A stretch of DNA of 64,000 nucleotides from Ascidiella aspersa (lineage: Eukaryota), in NCBI GenBank assembly GCA_963924565.1, contig OZ004611.1, positions 2,604,001 to 2,668,000 on the forward strand, in the 5' to 3' direction. The notes below the pieces were generated by a model, which worked only from the letters and a program-made list of their open reading frames with translations, was not told where the DNA came from and made no database searches. Positions 61,301 through 64,000 of this stretch are shown here, piece after piece. The position numbers were made by a program, and so were the translations under genes. Each line of letters opens with the position of its first letter. Within the stretch, counting starts at the first letter, position 1.

Positions 61301-63936
61301 GGAATTTTTATAGTAGTTTGTCTTTTTGAAAAAACAAAAATATCAAATAACCCATTTTTAAAGTTTCGCCTAAAGGCGAAACAATAACTGATTTTTGTTC
61401 GACCGGTGGTCAGTAAAACAATAAAAACGCATAATTGACGAAGCCAAGAAATAATGCAGTACTATAAACAACAATGCTTTGTTGAAATCATTATACTAGG
61501 TCAAAATTTTATAAAAAAAATATATTTCTAGGTCAAAATTTGTCAAAATTTCAACTTTTTAGGTCAAAATTTTTAATTTTTAGGTCAAAAAATAATCGCG
61601 CTAGTGATAAGTAATTTTCAAGATGGCTAGGTGTTCGTGTATAGATTTTGATTACTTTTCTTTTAACTAAATCACACACCCATCATGTATTGGTTGCATC
61701 GCATAACGTTAGTGTTTATAGTTTCGCGCATACTTCAGATTAAAGACCTAAGAAATCAGAATGCAAATGTGCATTCTTTAGCGTTAGCTTTGGCTTACTT
61801 TTAAGATTTAAAATATCGTGTCGGAATACGTTCAGTTTTTCATCCCACGTCCTCAGCAACAGATGAGTAGTAAAAAATTGATTCAAACGACTGGTGTGGC
61901 ATAAAAGATTATAGCCTGTAGCCTGAATGGCCCTCGATTGTCGTTGGCCTGTTGACCGCAATCGGTCTTGTGCTCGCTCGATCGGGTTTCAAATGTAACT
62001 GATTGGACGGAGATTAGCGCGACAATCCCGGGTGTTTTTGCCTGATGCCGTGACCTCTAGGTTAAAGGTCAAGATTTGCTGAGCACGGCATGCCATTTTT
62101 TGCTTTCGGGTGGCCGTTACATTTTACACGGTCATATCTTTGTTTGTTTTTTTCAAATGTTAATTAAATTACTTTACTCAGCCAAAGAAAACTGACAAAA
62201 AACAACAAATAAGTATTATACAAGCATAGCATCATAACTTTGGTCTTTGGAAAACGTGCGAATGGATTTAGCTGTTTTGGCAAGCGCAATGTTTGCAGAA
62301 TCAGCTAAACCTGTGCCAAATTTTTAGGTGTTTTTAATGGTGCCTTGCTGCTGCAATGAAACTGTTTGTACGTTGGCACATAGGAGTAATCCAGCGGAAT
62401 CCACACCGCGTATATTCCAGGCTTATAATGAGGTGATTCTCCTTAAAAGTGCAGTGGTATACGAATACCGCAAGGCACCTCTCTAGATTAAGCCAGTTAA
62501 ACAACAAATAAGGGTCGGGGATACTTACTGACGTCACAAAGCTAAGTATAAACGTGCCACTTTTTTTGTTTGTAAAATATCGGCTATCGCTACCGGCATA
62601 AAAAGTCAAGTAACGGACATCCCTGGTTCTAAAAATCAAACTGGAATTTTTTTTTAGGCCAAATATTTCAGTTTTTATATGCGTTGGGCTAAACTCAAGT
62701 GCAATCTTTTAGTTTGGAACACTATATACGGATCTGTTCATAAGTTTAATGGTGAAAATAACGGCCTAAATAGACATAAAAGCGACATGCTTTATTGTTC
62801 AAACGTTTCGGCAAATGCTCATGCCATCATCAGTGACATAAAAGACACATCAGTTACACCCGTTTATATACACTTCAGTCGCACAAAGGAATGATTCCAT
62901 TTTCCTTAAAAGCGTATACGCAGATACCGGAGCTGACATGCGACGGTCAAATATTTTCATAATTTTTACTTGAATACCAACTGTTCTTCGCCGTTTTTCA
63001 ACATTAGTTTATTTACGCCAAGTGAGATTGCAAACGATTGTAAATTTAGTCGTACACACGCGATACCCAAAACTTTTAATACATTTGAACAGACCCAAGG
63101 TTTATATGCGCGTTCGACGTTCGTCCTACGAGAGAAACGATAAGCAGAGTTTGCTGGCATTTGCATTAGTCCGTCAATTACAAATTTATATAGTTTTACT
63201 TTTTGCAGGTCGCGACAATCTTTCAAAATGGTAAATAATATATTAAGAACCGTAGAAAAATGCTGAGGTTTAGTCTGTTATTTTGCTTTATTAGATGGAA
63301 CAAGCGTAAAGACTTTCTAATCGGATTAAATTCTATATTCCTTTATATTAAAAAACGTAACTTGCAAAATGGTAGTGAGTCCACCGAATGCGTGTGTAAG
63401 TTCGACTTTAAAAGAATTATAATTTTGGAAACACGCGCATTTATGTACATCGTCCATTTTCATAAAAGTTTCGGACATTTATAATAAGATCTAAGGCGTT
63501 AAGTATTATTTTTTTTGTTTTGCATAGTGTAATATATTTAGTTGGTAAAAAGATCACCGCTAGCATAAAGGGAAGTTAAAAAACAAACACTGGCAAACTG
63601 TTCAGTAACTTTGATTAACTTATGTGTGTAGACAATAACGTGTTACTTGTTACTGTCGGCAACACTCGTAAACGGTGTCAGCCGTCAAGGAAATCTGCAT
63701 GCATCACAACACACGCTCTCATCTATCTTCTATTTTTATATTTCAAACAGCCGCCACTTGCTCCGCTGCACCGACGACCCTCACCCAAGGAACTTTCCCA
63801 ACTATGCCTTCTGGCGGCTACACCGGCACAGTGTCAATCACATGCAACAGCGGGTACGAGGTGGCTACTGGTGGCGTTTCAGCCTCGCTTTGCACCACGA
63901 CAAACACCTGGGATCCTGAAACACTGACGTGCACAG
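58369..63936 (+). CDS. Gene F: CCP/Sushi-family paralogue, 5' part (continues beyond the window)
   Basis: join(58369-58423 signal; 58699-58872 P-type; 60464-60640 T-type; 63751-63936 A-type; ...). All exons open, phase-1 GT-AG. Confidence 0.85.
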
Positions 63937-64000
63937 GTAAATAACACTTTAAACATTTTAAATATTGTGTCGATTTTTTTACGGCGACAAGTGTATTAAA

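Overview
AT-rich metazoan genomic DNA with compact GT-AG introns and two N gaps. An invertebrate such as a tunicate is plausible but cannot be proven from the sequence. The window is dominated by a cluster of six paralogous genes or pseudogenes (called A-F here) encoding Thr/Ala/Ser/Gly-rich surface proteins. Each is built from a conserved signal-peptide exon (MNFQL[F/L]AFCLLA...), a variable string of single-exon Sushi/CCP-like domains and, where the 3' end is in the window, a Thr-rich stalk and a near-invariant GPI-signal exon (...SASLFHLHTALMAMLLSAFAFIKAL*). All internal exons are phase 1-1. A-D lie on the minus strand and E-F on the plus strand, head-to-head. Every copy has a different combination of about seven CCP exon types and two promoter types. 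Hybrid exons, microhomology exon deletions, frameshifts and a stop that would give a soluble form are all visible. This looks like an actively exon-shuffling, birth-and-death family of variable GPI-anchored CCP proteins; an immune, complement or recognition role is inference only. Interspersed features: a 71-bp G-rich minisatellite, a young non-autonomous LTR element with an unusually extended tRNA-Trp PBS, a tRNA-like Pol III unit, a 5'-truncated LINE, a degenerate CACTA/EnSpm-like element, many hAT-type MITEs, segmental duplications and a UTP14-like pseudogene fragment. All coordinates were read by eye.
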